A stretch of DNA of 64,000 nt, from positions 1 to 64,000 of the forward strand of contig CAVTHO010000008.1 in NCBI GenBank assembly GCA_963734545.1, read 5' to 3'. Below the pieces are notes generated by a model. It worked only from the letters and a program-made list of their open reading frames with translations. It was not told the origin of the DNA and did no database searches. Positions 24,901-39,900 of the stretch are shown one piece after another. Each line of letters begins with the position of its first letter. Within the stretch, counting starts at the first letter, position 1. The DNA comes from an uncultured Spirochaetota bacterium. GTDB taxonomy: Bacteria > Spirochaetota > Spirochaetia > SZUA-6 > Fen-1364. The translations under genes were made by a program, and so were the position numbers.

Positions 24901-27900
24901 TCCCGATACCGGGTCGACACGCCCCAGTGCCACGATATGTGAGCGCGCCTCGTCTGTCGCAAGCTTGAAGGTGTCGCCGTCGACCTGAGTCACGTAATAG
25001 GTGACGCCGTCAGTGAGACCCCCGATGGCCTGATCGGTGACCGTGCGCAGGGAGAGTTGAGTACTTTCGTCCACCGGATCCGTCGAGCGCGACAGTGCGA
25101 TCGGATTGGGCAGCGTCGCCGGAACGGGTTCGGGCGTGGCATCCGGATCGCCGGGATCACCCATCGCTTCCGCAAGCGTGCGCGCGAGCTGGATCTCGTC
25201 CGGCTTCGCAGGATCGAAGATCACGAAGTACCGATCGCCGCTGGTGAGCTCAGGAATGGGCGCGCCGCTTCCGGCGGTATAGATCACCTCGTCACCGGCA
25301 AGCAGCCCGTGATTCGGGCCGAGATAGATGTTGTTGTTGTCGGCCGGGGCGGTGTTCGCCGCGGGATCCTCCGCGTTGTATGTTCCGCCCACGACATCCA
25401 CGCCGGGGAGGCCGAACTCGACGGCACCGGGCTCACGGTAGGTCACCGCCTGGCCATCGACGAATCCATGGCCATCAAGGGTGATCGTGTCGCCTGTAAT
25501 GTCGGAACCGGAAAACTCTTTCGCATCGGCCAGAGTGACTTCAGGATCCTTCAGCTTGATGGTGGTGCTGTCAATCACGACGACCTGGTAGGTTTTGCCG
25601 CTCTCGAGGTTGCCCACGCCTGAGGGGCCGTCCGACTGGTAGATCACCCGATCACCATCCTGCAGGTTGTGCGGCGCGGTGAAGGTCAGCACGTCCCTCG
25701 TCGTATCCACCGCCGCAGACTGGAAGGTCGTGCCCAGTTGAAGCTCGGAGTCGCTCGTCTTGATGACCCCGTAGGTCCGGCCGTTTCCGAGGCCGCCGAT
25801 GACCGTTCCGCCCTTGGAGTCGTAGGTCACGGTATCACCGGTGAGCAGGCCGTGTTCGAGGCCGAGGTCGATGGTATCTGTCGGCAGACTTACATCATCC
25901 GCCGCGTTGAAGGTTCCCTCTGCAGTCGGTGTGGGCAGTTCGCCGTGGCGGGCGCTGATGGTGATGTCGCCGCCCGCTTCGATGATCGTGTGCGGCAGAA
26001 TCTCGGTGGTGACGTTCGTCACCGCCTTGGCCGTGGCATCCAGCTTCGTCACCGCCACCGCGCCGCCGGAGGTCGTCCGGGAGGCGGCATCGGCATCTCC
26101 GACCGAGGTGGATTCGATCACGACATCGCCGCCGGCCCGAATGGTGCCGCCGCCCCTGGCGGTAACCGTGGGAGCGGTATCGGCAATGACCGTGGAGAAT
26201 CCGATGGAAACCAGGCCGATCGCAAAGGATTCGGCACCCGCGGTGGTGGCGTCGTAGCCGTCGGCGGTCACGCGCACATTGATCGCACCGGGCGTCCCGC
26301 CGGGCCCGGTAATGGTCCCCAGTGCCAGCGCCTCGGTGGTTGCGGTGATTTCGGCGGTGGGGTTGCTCTTGCCGAAGGTCACCGCGCCGATGGAGAAGCT
26401 GCTCGTCCGGGCGTTCGCCCTGTTGGTTGTCACGGCGACCACGTCGAGGTTGCCGCCCGGCACCGACACCGTCGCGCCGGATGCGATCTCGGCACGCGTC
26501 GTGGAGTCGATCGAGGAGGTCACCTCGAGGAAATCCAGGGTGATGGCACCGACACCGGTCGAAGACATGGCGCCGCTGGACAGGGAGTTCGACTCGGCCC
26601 TCACGACAAGGTTGCCCGAGCTCATGGTCAGATTGCTGCCGGATTTGATCTGGGCTTCGGTCGCGCGGGTGAGAGTGATATCGCTGGTGGCCTTGTTGAT
26701 GGCAATCGCGCCCGCCGCAACGACCTTCGTCTTGGGTGCCGCGGCATTCGTGTCAAAGGCCTGCACGTCGAGCGTATTCGCCGTCACGCTGCCGGCTCCC
26801 TCGACGTAGGCGCGGGTCGCGCCGCCGATGGTCGCTTCCGCATCCAGCAGGCTCACGGCTATCGCGCCGCCGGAATTGCCCCTGGTCACGGGCGCGGCAA
26901 GCGACGTCGACGTGGCGTGGACGATGACATCGCCTCGGTCCGCGCTCAGCGTGGCGCCCTGGAGGAACGCCTCGGTGGTGACTGTGATCTCGGTCTCCGA
27001 CTTCGCCCCGGCCGGCGCCGACACCAAACCCGATCGACAAGGCCGTTGCCTCGGTTCGGGTCTCGATCACCGGATGGGAACTCGAGATCACTTCGATGTT
27101 TCCACTTCCGGCGTTTATCGAGGAGTTCCGGATGAAAGCCCGTACCTTGTTTTCAGCCGCGTTCATGGCCAATCCGAGACCGACCGCGACGCTGATCACC
27201 CCGCCGGCAGCCGCGATGGAATCGATCCTCGCATCGATCGCGGCGGTGTCGTCGGCTTCGACGGAGACGGCGCCGGCTGCCTCGACATCGGCGGAGTCCT
27301 CAACGAATGCAGTCGTCGTGCTGGTGATGGTATTGAGAGCCGAGGCGAGGCCGCCGCTTATGGCAATCGACGCCGGCGCGATCGCGATGGCGGCGGATGC
27401 CGCCACGGTGATCGCAGCGATGCTGTTCGATTCAGCCGCGGTCACGGTTACGTTCCCGGCCGTCGCCTCCAGATCGTTCGCATTGCTGATCGAGGCCTGG
27501 ACCAGGTTGTTGATTGTGTTTTCCGCCAACGCCACCCCGACCGAGAGTGAAGCGGCCCCGGTACCTGCGAAGGAAACGGCGATCGAGGCGGCTCCGCCTA
27601 CCGCATGGATCGCGGAGCTGTCGGTCGCCGACACGCTCACGGAGGCGGCGGTGATGCCGTTCTCGCCATCACCGTCGATGAACGCTGCCACATGGTTCGC
27701 GATACGATTGACTGCGGACACCCCCGCGCCGCTCGCGGCAATTCCCGCGACGCCGCCGCCGGCGATCGCGGCGGAACCGGCAAGAACCACCGCGTCAATC
27801 CTCTCGTTCGCCAGCGCCGCCAGCGTGAGATCACCGGAGGCATTGATGCTCGAGTCGCGGAGGTAGGCCATCACCTCTGCGGCCTGCTCCTGTCCTTCCT

Positions 27901-30900
27901 GGTTGTACCCGATGAAATTGCGGGAGACCGAAGCACCGATGGAGACCCCGGCGCCGACCGTTCCGCCGGCCCCGATGGCCACGGACAGGGCCGCCACTGT
28001 GGCCACGATGGTCGATTTATTTTCCGCGCCCAGCGTGACATCCCGCGCCTGGACGATGTTGCTGGCGTCGACGGAGGAGCTGGTCCTGGTCAGAATGACG
28101 TTTGTCGCGACCGCACCCGCCCCGCTGATCGCCCCGCCAACCGTACCGGCAAATCCAGCCGCCAGCGATGCCGCGCCGACCCGCGCGGTGATCGTGCCGT
28201 CGGCCAGCTCCCACAGCTCGGTGTCGGAGTAGTCTTCTGCTCCGAGGTAACGGTAGTCCGGCAAGACGAGGGTCCACCGGCTGGTGTCGCCGTAGTGCTC
28301 CTGTCGCAGGTCGACATCTTCCTCGTCGCCGCCCTTCCAAATGTAGACGCCGCCGATGGTCCCTCCGGCCAAATGGCCGGGGGCCACCCGCACAGTGTCG
28401 CCGTTGTCCAGTTCCTGCTCCGGTTCCTCCACGCTTCCCGCTGCCGAGGAGAAGTCGGCCACAAAACCGTGGTAGTGATAGACCCGCCCGGCTTCGCCGC
28501 CGACGGCCACCCAGAATGGGGAGTACTCCTGGTCGTAGTCCTGGCGCAGGAGATCGAGATTCCGGGCGACACCGATGTATTCGTAAACGACACCGGCGGT
28601 TCCATAGTCCTCGTCGTAATCGTCGGTGACCAGGACAAAATCGCCGGATTTCACGGCCACGAATTTGCTCGTCTGACCGGGAGCAGCCGTTGTATCGTAG
28701 TCCGGCACGGCGTAGCCGGAATTGAGCGTGACGGTCTCGCCGGCACGAAGAAGCTGCCAACCCGAGGAGTCTGAATAGTCCGACTCAGGGATCGTTCCCC
28801 CGATCGTCCGCGCATCAATGGTGATGTCGCCCAGGGCCGTGACCGGATCGGCATTGGCGATGGAGGCCTCCACGACATTGCTCACTTCGTTGAAGGCCAC
28901 CGCAATCCCCACCGACAGCGAAACCCCTACCGTCCCGGCCGCAGAACCGGCGAGGGAAGCAGCGCCGGCGTCGGCGGTGATCCGCGTATTGTCGTGTGCG
29001 CTCAAGGAGATGTTGTCGGCGACGATCCCGTCCGAGCCGCTGATGAAGGCTTTGACCAGCGTTCGCACGCGGTTCTCAACGCCGACTCCCGCGCCGCTCA
29101 GGGCGATCCCGACCGTTCCCCCCGCGCCGATTGCCACCGAGCCCGCGAGAGTAAACGCGTCGATGGAGCCCATCGCCACGGCGTCGAGCGTCAGGTCCCC
29201 GCCGGGCAGTGACTTCGGAGTTCATGACATACGCCTGAACCTGGGACGCGTCTTCGATGTCCTCCGGCAGGATCAGCTTCCAGAGATCGAGGTCGCCGTA
29301 GTCCTGTCCGCGCAGACTGCTGACGCGCTCGAGTCTCCAGCCCTCATTGGGCTCCGGATGGCCCTCGTCGTCGAACTCGCCGTTGGTCTGGTAATTCTGC
29401 GTGCCCAGGTTCACGCTTTCGTTGTCATCGCCTTCCCAGACATAGATGTCGTCGCCAACCTTGACCCGGGTCTGCCTGTCATCGTCGTTCTGAAGGGTAC
29501 GGGTCCCGTCGGTACTTGTGAAATCGTAGACATCGACCGTCGGACCGATGTAGCGGTACACGTCGCCGCCCCGCACACCATCCAGGACACGCACCGTGGT
29601 TCCGGTGGGAATTGTTTTCAGCTCTTGCGCGCTCGTGTAATCGCTCGCCGGAGCCGACGGGTCCCAGCCGATGAAATTACGCGCCAGGGCAAAACCGACG
29701 GAGGCGCCGATGCCTGCCGTGCCGCCGACTCCCACCGCCGCACTCACCGCGACCACCGTGGCATCGATCGCGGAATCGCTCTCGGCGTCGAGGTCGACCG
29801 CACCGGCGCTGTCGATGACGCTGTTCTCGATATACGCGTTCGTCCGGGTAAGGATGACGTTCTTGGCGACCGCCCCGGCCCCGCTGACAGCAATTCCGGC
29901 CGTCCCGGCTGCGCCGATCGCGACCGACGCCGCAGCGGTGATGGCGTCGATGCCCGCACGCGTCCGGGCGTCGAGGACAATACCACCTGCCGTGGATTCC
30001 AGGGTGTCATCGGCATTGGCGATATATGCCTCCACCTCGTTGCTGATGTGGTTCTCGGCGAGCGCGACGCCGACCGACAAAGCAACTCCCGCTTTCCCGC
30101 CAAAGGCCGCCGAAATGGTTGCGGCGCCTGCGATAGCTTCGATCGAAGAAGCATCGGTGGCGTGGAGGGCCACGACGCCCGCGGAAATGCCGGCCGCCGC
30201 CCCGACGCTGTCGTCATCGTCGCCGTCGATGTACGCCTTGATGTGGGTCGCGATACGGTTGGTGGCTGACACGCCGGCGCCACTGAGTCCAACCCCTGCC
30301 GTGCCGCCTGCGGCGATCGCCGCCGAACCGGCGAGGACAACGGCATCGATCGTCGAATCGCTTGCCGCATTCAGGGTCAGGGTACCTGTTGCGGTGATGC
30401 TCGAGTCCCTGATAAACGCCTGCACTTCCGCGGGGCTCCGGCCGCCCTCTGCATCCCAACCGATGAAGTTCTCCGCAATCGACACGCCGATGGATACCCC
30501 CACACCGGCCTTCCCGCCGGCTCCCAGGGCGATGGAAGCCGCAGCGATCGTAGCGGTGATCGCCGATGAGTTCTCCGCATCGAGATCGATATCCACTGCG
30601 TTGACGACGGTGCTGTTCTCGATGTGGGCGTTCGTGGTGGTCAGGATGACATTGGTGGCAACCGCGCCCGCGCCGCTCACTGCAACGCCGGCCTTCCCAC
30701 CGAACCCGGCGGCGATCGACGCGGCCACGGCCCGCGAGGTGATGGTGCCGTCGGCGAGTTCCCAGAGCCTGGTGTCGGAGTAATCCGTGATTCCGAGGTT
30801 TCTCCGATCAGGATTGATGAGCTCCCAGAGACTTCCTCCGTACGCCTGGGTCCCCAGGTTCAGGTCGTCGTCTTCACCCGCGTACCGATAGACGGAATTA

Positions 30901-33900
30901 CCCGCCTGCACCGTGTTGCCTTCATGGATCGCAAGCTCAGCAGACTCCCAGTAGTCGTCGTCGGAGTAATCCTGCGACGGCAGATAGAGCGATACGCCTT
31001 CACCCTCGTTGTCTGCACCGACGTATCGATAGATCGCGAGTCCCACCTTCACCGTGTCCCCCTCGACAAGGGTGACAAGCCCGTCTGTCGGAAGGAAATC
31101 GGCCTGGTTCGTGTAGTCGGCCACGAAGCCCCGGTAGGCGTAGAGGCGACCACCTTCGCCACCGTTGGCGTAGTCGTCAGCAAGCCGGACCGTGTCACCG
31201 ACCGAAAGCGTCTGTATGCCCGAGGCGGTCGTGTAGTCGGAGGTATCTATGTCCGTCGGACGTACATGCGCCTGTAGGGAGATGTCGCCGGTGACGATCA
31301 TCATGTCCGCATTCGAGATGCAGGCGTCGACCTCGTTGCTGATTTCGTTCTGCGCAATGGAGAGGCCGACCGACAGGGCCACCCCGGTCTTGCCGCCAAC
31401 TCCCGCGGCCAGCGATGCGGCGCCGGCATCTGCCGCGATCGCGGAAGAATCATCCGCAGTCAGGCCGATGCTGCCGGTCGAGATTCCCGTGCTCCCGGAG
31501 CCATCAACGGAGGCTCTGATGCCGGTCTTGATTCGGTTTTGTGCAAAAACGCCGGCGCCGCTGACGCCCACACCGGTCTTCCCGCCGCCGGCGACACCCA
31601 CGGACCCCGCGAGGACCGTCGCATCGATGGATTGATTGCCTCGAGCGGTGAGGGTAAGTGCTCCGTGTGCCTTTATTTCGGTGTGCGAAGCGCAGGCCTG
31701 CACCTCTGCCGCCGACTGCGCGAGGTTCACCTGCTTCCAGAGCCGGTAATCGGTGTAATCCTCGGTGTGCAAGTCGATGCTCTCGACCAGTTCCCAGTCA
31801 TCGGATTCGTAGTCCTGGAGTGCGAGATTCACGTTGGCCGACGGCGTTCCCTGGAAGCGGTAGTAGCTGCCGACATTGCCGAACGGCTCATTCGTCGGAT
31901 CGACCGGCCCTTCGAAACCGTCCGCGATTCTGACGATACTTCCTTTCGTCAAGAACGACCGACGTGTCTGTCGTATCGAAGTTCGCGGTGGGCTGGACGC
32001 GACTCGGCCCGAGGTATTCGAAAACGTCCACGGCGCGTGGACCATCGGTTATCTTGACTGTCATGCCGGCATTCAGCGCCGCTCCGTCGGCAAGACGCGT
32101 GCCGGTTTCGTACGTGGCGGATGTGGAATCGGAAGGATCCCAGCCGATGAAGTTGCGGGCAACCGAAACGCCGATGGACACGCCGCCGGCACTCTTCGAG
32201 GAGCTGCCCGCAACCGCGAGCGAGACGGCCGCGACCGTGGCGTCGATCGACGCCGTGCTGGTCGCTGTAATATCCACGGCGTCGTCGCTGTGGAGCGTAC
32301 TGTCGGTGACGGAGGCGTTGGCCTTGGTGAGGACGACGTTCGTCGCCTCGGCGCCTCCGCCGCTCAAGGCAAGAGAGGTCTTCTTGCCGATGCCCACGTC
32401 GATCGATGCCGCGACCGACGTCGCCGCGATCGTAGCGTCCTCGACGACGGTGACCTCGATGCTGCCGCCGGCACTGGTTGTGACGGTGGAGTTGTCGATG
32501 GAGGCATCGACGGTGTTGTCGATCTCGTTTCTGGCGATGGAGACCCCGACCGAGAGAGCCCCGGCACTGCCGCTCGTCGTGACCGCGACGCCGATGGCGG
32601 CGCCGATCACATCGACATCGATGCACGAGGCGTCGAGTGCCGTCACCGATACGTCTCCGGCAGCATGCGCAACGCTGTCTGTGATGGAGGCAGAGACCGT
32701 GCTCGTGACCTTGTTCAGCGAGCCGGCACCCGCAGCGGCGAACGCTCCGGTGGTGCCCTTACCGACCGCGCCACCACCGGCACCAGCGACGGAGACTGCA
32801 CCGATCGTGTCCTTGACCGTATCAAGTCGGTGACTGTCGCCCGTTCCCGCGACGGTCGTGCTCAAGCGGATGGCCACGGGGGTGTCGCCGGTGGCGTTCT
32901 CCTTCGTGGCCGCAAGCTTGATCGTGTCACTGTCCACGACGATGACGTAATAGCGTTCGCCGTTCCGCAGGCCGCCGATCTCCTCCCCGGATACACCGAG
33001 GTTCCGGTAGACCACCCGGTCACCGGTCGCAAGACCGTGGTCGGGGAGCTTGATCTCGTTCGCAGTGGTGACGGCCGTCTTCAGGAAGTCGAACCGTTCG
33101 TCGTGGGCTCCTTCGCTCGCGGCGCTGACCATCAGCTGCAGACCGGTATCGATCGTGGACGAATCAACGGATGCCGTTGTGAAGTTGCTCACTTCGTTGA
33201 ATGCCAGCACGATGCCGAGCGTTGCCGCCCCGCCGCTGCTGTTACCTTTTCTGACACCGAGGGCGACGCCGCCGCCGTCGGCTCGAATCGAGGAAGCATC
33301 CGCAGCCTTGACTGTGGCATTGCCCTGCGTCGTGACGTCAGCGCCGTTCGCGATAAGGGCATGCGCCTCGGCATTGATCGTGTTGAGGGAGACGGCTCCG
33401 GAGAGAACGATCTGATTCTTGTCGCCAGCCCCGAGTGCTCCCGAAACGGTAATCGCCTGAATGTCGGCCCCATTTGTGGCGAGGACCCTCATCTCACCAA
33501 CGTGGAGCAGGTGTGAGCCGTCGACACTCGCAAGAGTTTCGTTTTCAATGGTATTGATCGCCAGGCTGAAGCCGACCGCGAGGTTGCCACCGCCGAGCCC
33601 CACAGATAGCGCACCGGCGAGCGCGAAGATCGAAGACGAATCCTGGGCCTGCACCGTGATATCGCAGGCGCCCGCCGGGCTCGTGGGGACCCTGTTGTCC
33701 CACACGCCGATCACGGAAGATTCTGTCGTGTTGTTGATCTCGTTCAGGGAGACGGAGCCGGCAACGACCAGGGCTCTTCCGTCAGCATCCTTCTTCGAGA
33801 CGGCGACGCCGATACCGACCGCAATCGCCTGGATGTCGCCCACACGATCGGCGCTCAGCACGAGCGTTGCGCCGGGACGGAGGAACAGATTCGTGGATAC

Positions 33901-36900
33901 CGCGGCGTCACGGCCGTTGATGAAGGCAGCGGTGCTCCCCGTCAGCTCGTTCTTGCTGAACGAGCCGGCGATGCTCGCCTGATTACGCGCCCTGGATCCC
34001 GGAAGAACGGCCGACACGGCCGCGCCCCAGGCAACGAGCTCGGTGCTGTTGAACGCGGCAAGCGCGATGCTCGGGGACAGGATCTGCCCCGCATCGTGCA
34101 CATAGGCAGAGACGTCATCCTCGACGGTGTTGAGGGAAACATTCGCCGAGATACCGATTCCGTATTTCGGCTTCTGCCCGTCAGAGTCGCCGACGGGAGC
34201 TTCACCCTCTGTCTTCTCCGATGTGGGCGGTTCTTCTTTACCCGCGATGGCGGCAGCGTGGGTGAACGCCCAGAGGTCGCCATCGACCTTGGCATCGACT
34301 TTCAATTGCCCCGACGCGTCGATACTGGTGGTTGTGGAAGGGGCTATCGCATTCGCGGGATCGACGGAGGCGTCGATGGTTCCGACCACCGCGCTGGTGT
34401 CGCGGTCGATGTCGTTAATGGCCACCGTGATGCCGAAGCCGAGGTTCCTCCCCTTGGCGACGCCGCCTGCCCAGTTGATGTTGGTTTCCAGGCTTCCTGA
34501 GTAGATCGTGACGGGGCTGCCGGCGGTGTCGATTTCATCGGGATCTGCTCCCCCGGAGACCTGTACTCCGCCCGACAACTGGGCCCGTGTGCTGCTGGCC
34601 TGTTCGAAGTACGCGACTGTACCGCCGATGGCGTACGTGTCGGATTGGGCGCCGGCCTGGCTGAAGCTGAAATACACGATTGCTTCTTCGGCCTTCATAT
34701 TGAAGCCGCCGCTGCTGCCGCTGTAGATCGCCGCGCCTTCTTCGACGAGGGCGGTCGTTGTGTTGTCCAGCAGCGATACAAGGATGGCGCCGCCGAGGCC
34801 GCCCTTCTTTCCCGTCGATGCCACCGGCGACACGGAGAGCCCCGGATCGAACTCCGGATCGAGCGGGTCGAGGGATGCGCTGGGCAGTTTGAACTCGAAG
34901 GTGCCTGTCACGTTGAAAAACTGCATGTAGTTCGTTGCCTCGACGGACACGACCTGCTGATCTTTCCTTGACTCCGGCGTGGGGGTTCTGAAAACCGTGT
35001 CCTGGTTGATTCTGGCACCTGAACGGATGATCGCCTCGGAGACATTCCTGAAGTCCAGGAAGTTGACCGAGCCGGCAACAGAGAGCTCGCCCGCTTCGCC
35101 TGAGCTCCTCGCCCATGTGTTGAACAGCTTGGACTGAAGGCCCAGGGTCCCATCGAGATAGTCGTTGACCCCATCCGGTCCCTCGCTCTCCAGCTGGTCG
35201 ACGAGCTCGCCGACGCTCATCGGAATGAATTCGTCGGGACGGGTGAGATAGGGATACGTGATGCCGGAGATGACACGCAGGGCCCGCAGCGCGTCGAGCT
35301 GTGCTCCGGATGCCACCGTTGCCCGGGCGGTGCTGTCCACCAGGCTAACGGCCACGGCGGCGCTGAGCGCGCCCTTTGCGTCCGTCTCGACACTCGTCTC
35401 GGCCTTGGTCTGGATTTGGTCTGAGATCTGGGCCTTGACTTCGAGGTCTTCATTCGACTTGAGCACCGCAGCGGGTCCGACAGTCGCCGAGACCGTGTGG
35501 TCCGCATCCACATACCCCAGAGCGCCTGCCGCCTGCAGCTTGGGTTTTGCTCCGCTGTCCGACTTCTCGGAATTCGCGTTATAGCTGGTCAGGAGTCGGT
35601 CAAGCAGAGATGTGTTCAGTAGATTCCCGACTTTGTCGGTGATACCCTTCGGTTCTTCCTTCTTTACACCCGAATCGACCGTTGCCTTGTTGGTCGCATC
35701 GAGCGAAGCAAGCACTCCGAGCCCGGTCGAAAGACCCGAGTCGAGCACGTGGAGTGCCGTCAGCGTCTGCGTCCCTGTGGCGCCGCTCGCGTCGATATCA
35801 ATGGCGATACCGGCACGGGCTTCGTTCTCCGATTCGGCGAGCCGTATTACCTGTTTGTCGACGAACCGGAGATCTCCCTCCAGGTTGAATTGATTGGTGC
35901 TTGCGATGACGTAGTAGACGTTGCCGGGAGTGAGACCCGCGATCGGTGTGTCTCCATCGGCGACATCATAGCGAACCGCCTGGCCCAACTCGAAGGTGGA
36001 GCCGATCAACGACCCTTCGGGTCGTGCATTGTCGAGAGTAATGGTGTCATTTACGCTATCCACGACCTCGGTACTGCCGGCGTCAAACTCCTTGGTATTC
36101 GCGGCAACCTCGTTGGCGCCGTCCCCCAACTCGAGATCGATTGCGTGTCCCTGAATTGCCCTGTCCCGCGTTTCAGCCAGCTTGATCTTTCCCGGGTCGG
36201 GCGTCGTGATGATGTAATAGTCGCCGCCGTCAGTCAGGCCTCCCTCGCCCACGGCTCCCCCGATGCTCGTGCCGCGACGGTTGGTGTAGGTGACCCGGTC
36301 ACCGGTCGCGAGCGCATTCTCGCCGACGTAGATGGTATCGTTGGCCGTATCAACGTAGCCGGGCCTGGTGGGATCGCGCAGGGTGGGGTCGAACTCCAGC
36401 TTGACCACCGACCCGGGAGCCATGTTCGCCGTTACCGTTCCGTACACCTCGGTGGTGATCGTGGCGTCCGAAAGGCTGATGCCCAAAGAGATTCCGGCGC
36501 TGCCGTCTGCCTGGATCCCGACGGACGCTTCCGCCTCGGCGTCTTCACGACCTTCGGCTGTGATATTGGCGGTCTTGCCCGCAGTGATGGTGACCGATTC
36601 CGCCACGGTGACTTTCGAGACGATTTCGGTCTTCGCGATTGCCAGAGAAATCGCGGGCGTCGCAGAATCGCCGAGGCCCCGACTGGTCTCGGTCTTCAGC
36701 AGAGACACTGCCTTGCCGTCGGTGTTGATCGCTACGCGACCGCTGGGGGAGGTGATCTGCACGCCATCCTGGATATCGATGACGGCGTTCGCCGTTGTGT
36801 CCACATAGCCGAAGCTGAATAGCTTGCTCTTCGCCACGAGGGGCAGGCGAAGCGCTGTCACCGAATCGACTGCACCACCGGCACTGGCATCCGCGCCGGC

Positions 36901-39900
36901 ATCGGCCTCGATGGTCACACCGGCCCTGCCGGTCAGACTCACGTTTTCATGGATGGTGACAGTGGCGTCCGAAGTTTTCAGGAGCACCTTGAATGGCAGC
37001 GCGAACAGGCAGGTGACGGTTTGGAACAATTGGTCGATGACGTACTTGTTGAGGAGCTCACTCGTCCCGAAAGAGGAAGTCAGGGATTTGTCGGCGGCTT
37101 CCGCCCTGATGATCAGGGTGTCCGCGCTTATCTCCGCATCCTGCCGAATCTCGATTGTGGCCGTGTTGCTCTTGCTGCCGGGGATGAGATCTTCCAGCTG
37201 CTTGATGCTCGTGTCCCTGGCGCCGAGGGTGATGTTCCCGGAGCTGGTGAGCCTTGCTCCGGTGTCGACGATGATTTTCTCCGCGCGCACCTCCAGGGCG
37301 CGGTTACCCAGATCGATATCACCCTGAATCGTTATTGAGTCATCGCCGAAGCCGAGATCGACCACCACCCGGTCGACCCCGCTGATGTCCACTTCGCGCC
37401 ATGGGGAGCCTAACGAAAGCCCGAGGGGTTCGCTCCACTCCAGGAAATAGAGCACACCCGGCATTTCCTCTATTCTCAGGGTGTCGGGGGCTGGCTGCGT
37501 GAGCGTCAACGTGTCACCGAAGACGGTGCCGCCCAGGGCGAGGGCAGACGGCGTTTCGAAAGCACCCTCCAGTCCTCGAAACTCCACTACGATCGTGCGG
37601 CCGAGATCTACGTCAAGGATCGTGTCGGTCAGCAGCGTTCCGCTCCCGTCGCCATCGGGAATAATGACGGCCAACTTGCCGTCCGGGTCCTCGACGGCCA
37701 GGTTGTCATGGCCCGAGGCGCCACCGTCCACGGTGCCGCTGATGCTGCCGCTGGAGCGCAGGACAAAACCGTCCTCGTTGTCAGCCGCGCCCGTCAGGTT
37801 CTGGAATTGAGAAAATGCGATGCCGTTGACCTCTCCGGCATCGGCTCCGGTGATTTCCCAAACAGCATCTTCATTCGGCCCGAGCAGTTCGTTTGCGCCG
37901 TGAGAACCCGCCGTTATCGCGTGCATGTGGGAGATGCCTCCGCGCACGCCGGTGGTCGCCGGACCGGTACTGCCGAGATTCACCGTCACCGGGGTGGTGT
38001 ACGCGGAGAAGTCCAGGCTGTTGATGCCCGCGCCGCCGTCGATGCTGCCCGTCATTCCGGCGGCGTCCTCGAAGATGAAGGTATCGCCGGCGAAGCTGCC
38101 GCCGAGGTTCTCGAATCCGCCGAAAATGATCGAGGAAATCGTCACTGCCGGGCTGTTCAGCGAGCCGACGCCCTCCGTCCACGCGCCGCAGCTCACCGCA
38201 GCGGGAACCCCGCCGGTCGTCTCGAGCCGAATCGTTTTCTCATCCACAACTCTTACCGTGTAGGTGGTACCGACAGTCAGGCCGCTTGCGTCGGGCACGG
38301 GAAGATCGCTCTGATAGACGAGCTGGTCATCGTCCGCCAATCCGTGGGGCAGCAGGAATCGGATCGCATCGGCAGGAATCGGTACGACGTCGTTCAGCGA
38401 GACGGTAGTCGCGAGGCTGACCAACGCGTACGAGCCCGTGTTCCATGCGCGGACGTCGACTGCGACAGGAACAGATTCCTCTGTCTTCAGTGCAATGGTG
38501 ACATCATCGATGTACGCGACGATGTACGTGGAGAGGTTGGTGAGCCCACTGATGTCGTTGCTGTCACTGCTCTCGTATCTGACCGCCTCGCCATCGACGT
38601 AGCCGTGGGGCTCCTTGAACTCAATTCCATTGGAGACGCTGGCCACGACGGTGGCGTTCGTGCCAAAACTATCGAGCGATTTGCCGGTCTCCGCGGTACT
38701 CAAAGAGCTCGATCCGGTGCTCCACGCGTCGATGTTCACCGGTACCGCAACCGACTGCGTCGACTCGAGCGTGATGGTGTTTTCATCGACGAATTTGACG
38801 ATGTAGGTTTCACCCGTGACGAGCCCACTGTTGTCGACCGCGAGGTCACTCTGGTAGGTGACCTCGTCGCCGTTCCGGAGGCCATGAGGTGAGGCAAACG
38901 TGATCTCGTTCGATGCTCCGGCCTTCAAGGTGGCATTCTCTCCGGAAGCGTCCAGCCGGATAGAATCGCTGCTCGTCGTGTTCACCTGACCGGCATTCGT
39001 GCCGGTGATCGTCCAAATGTTGTCGTCGTCTGCGCCGAGGAGCGTGTCGGCAGCGCCGGACCCGCCGAGGATCTCGTCGATATTGACGTTGCCGAACCCT
39101 ATCTGGATCTCCACGGGACCCGCCACGGCGCTGTAGTCGAGGATGTCGTTCCCATCGGTTCCGCCGTCGACTCCGACACTCAGACTCGATGAGCTCGCGG
39201 TAAAGGCAAAGGTGTCATCCTGATCTCCCCCGACGAGCGATTCAACGCTGAAGAAGGAGACGATTCCCGACCCATCAAGCGTCCCCGTATCCGCCCCGTC
39301 GACGGTCCAGAGGTGCTCGCCATCCCAGGCGCTCAGGACATCGTCACCGTCGCCGCCGGAATAAATCACCTCAACGACAGGAACGGCTGCCAGCGTCAGG
39401 TTGTCATCACCCGCGCCGAGTGCGAAGAGTATGGATGTTGCAGGTGTGGCGAAGCTGAGTTCGGCTACGAAGGAGTTCGAGCCGGCATCGTAGAAATCTC
39501 CGGAGGCGTTCACGATCTTCTTGCCCGCCGGCGTCGCATCGTCGAGCACGAAGTTGTCGGCAGTCCCGGTACCGAAAACGACGCGGTCAGCACTTGTTCC
39601 CGCTATCAGCGGCTCGATGCCCGCATACCGGAAGGTTCTCTCCCGTGCCGGGTCTGCCGGATTCGCCACGCTAAACGCGTGGGCGTTGTCGCCGGTCGAG
39701 TGAACGGTGATGAAATCATTCCCGCGCTGCACCACCACGCTGTCGGGCCCGCCGGCGCCACCGGTGAGGGTGCCCTCGATCGAACCGTCCAAGAGGACGA
39801 GGAAGGTATCAGGAACAGTGTCTGCTCCGACGAGATTCTCGATCCCGCTGAAATCGAACACACCCTCGAGATAACCTTCGTTTGACCCGGATATCGTCCA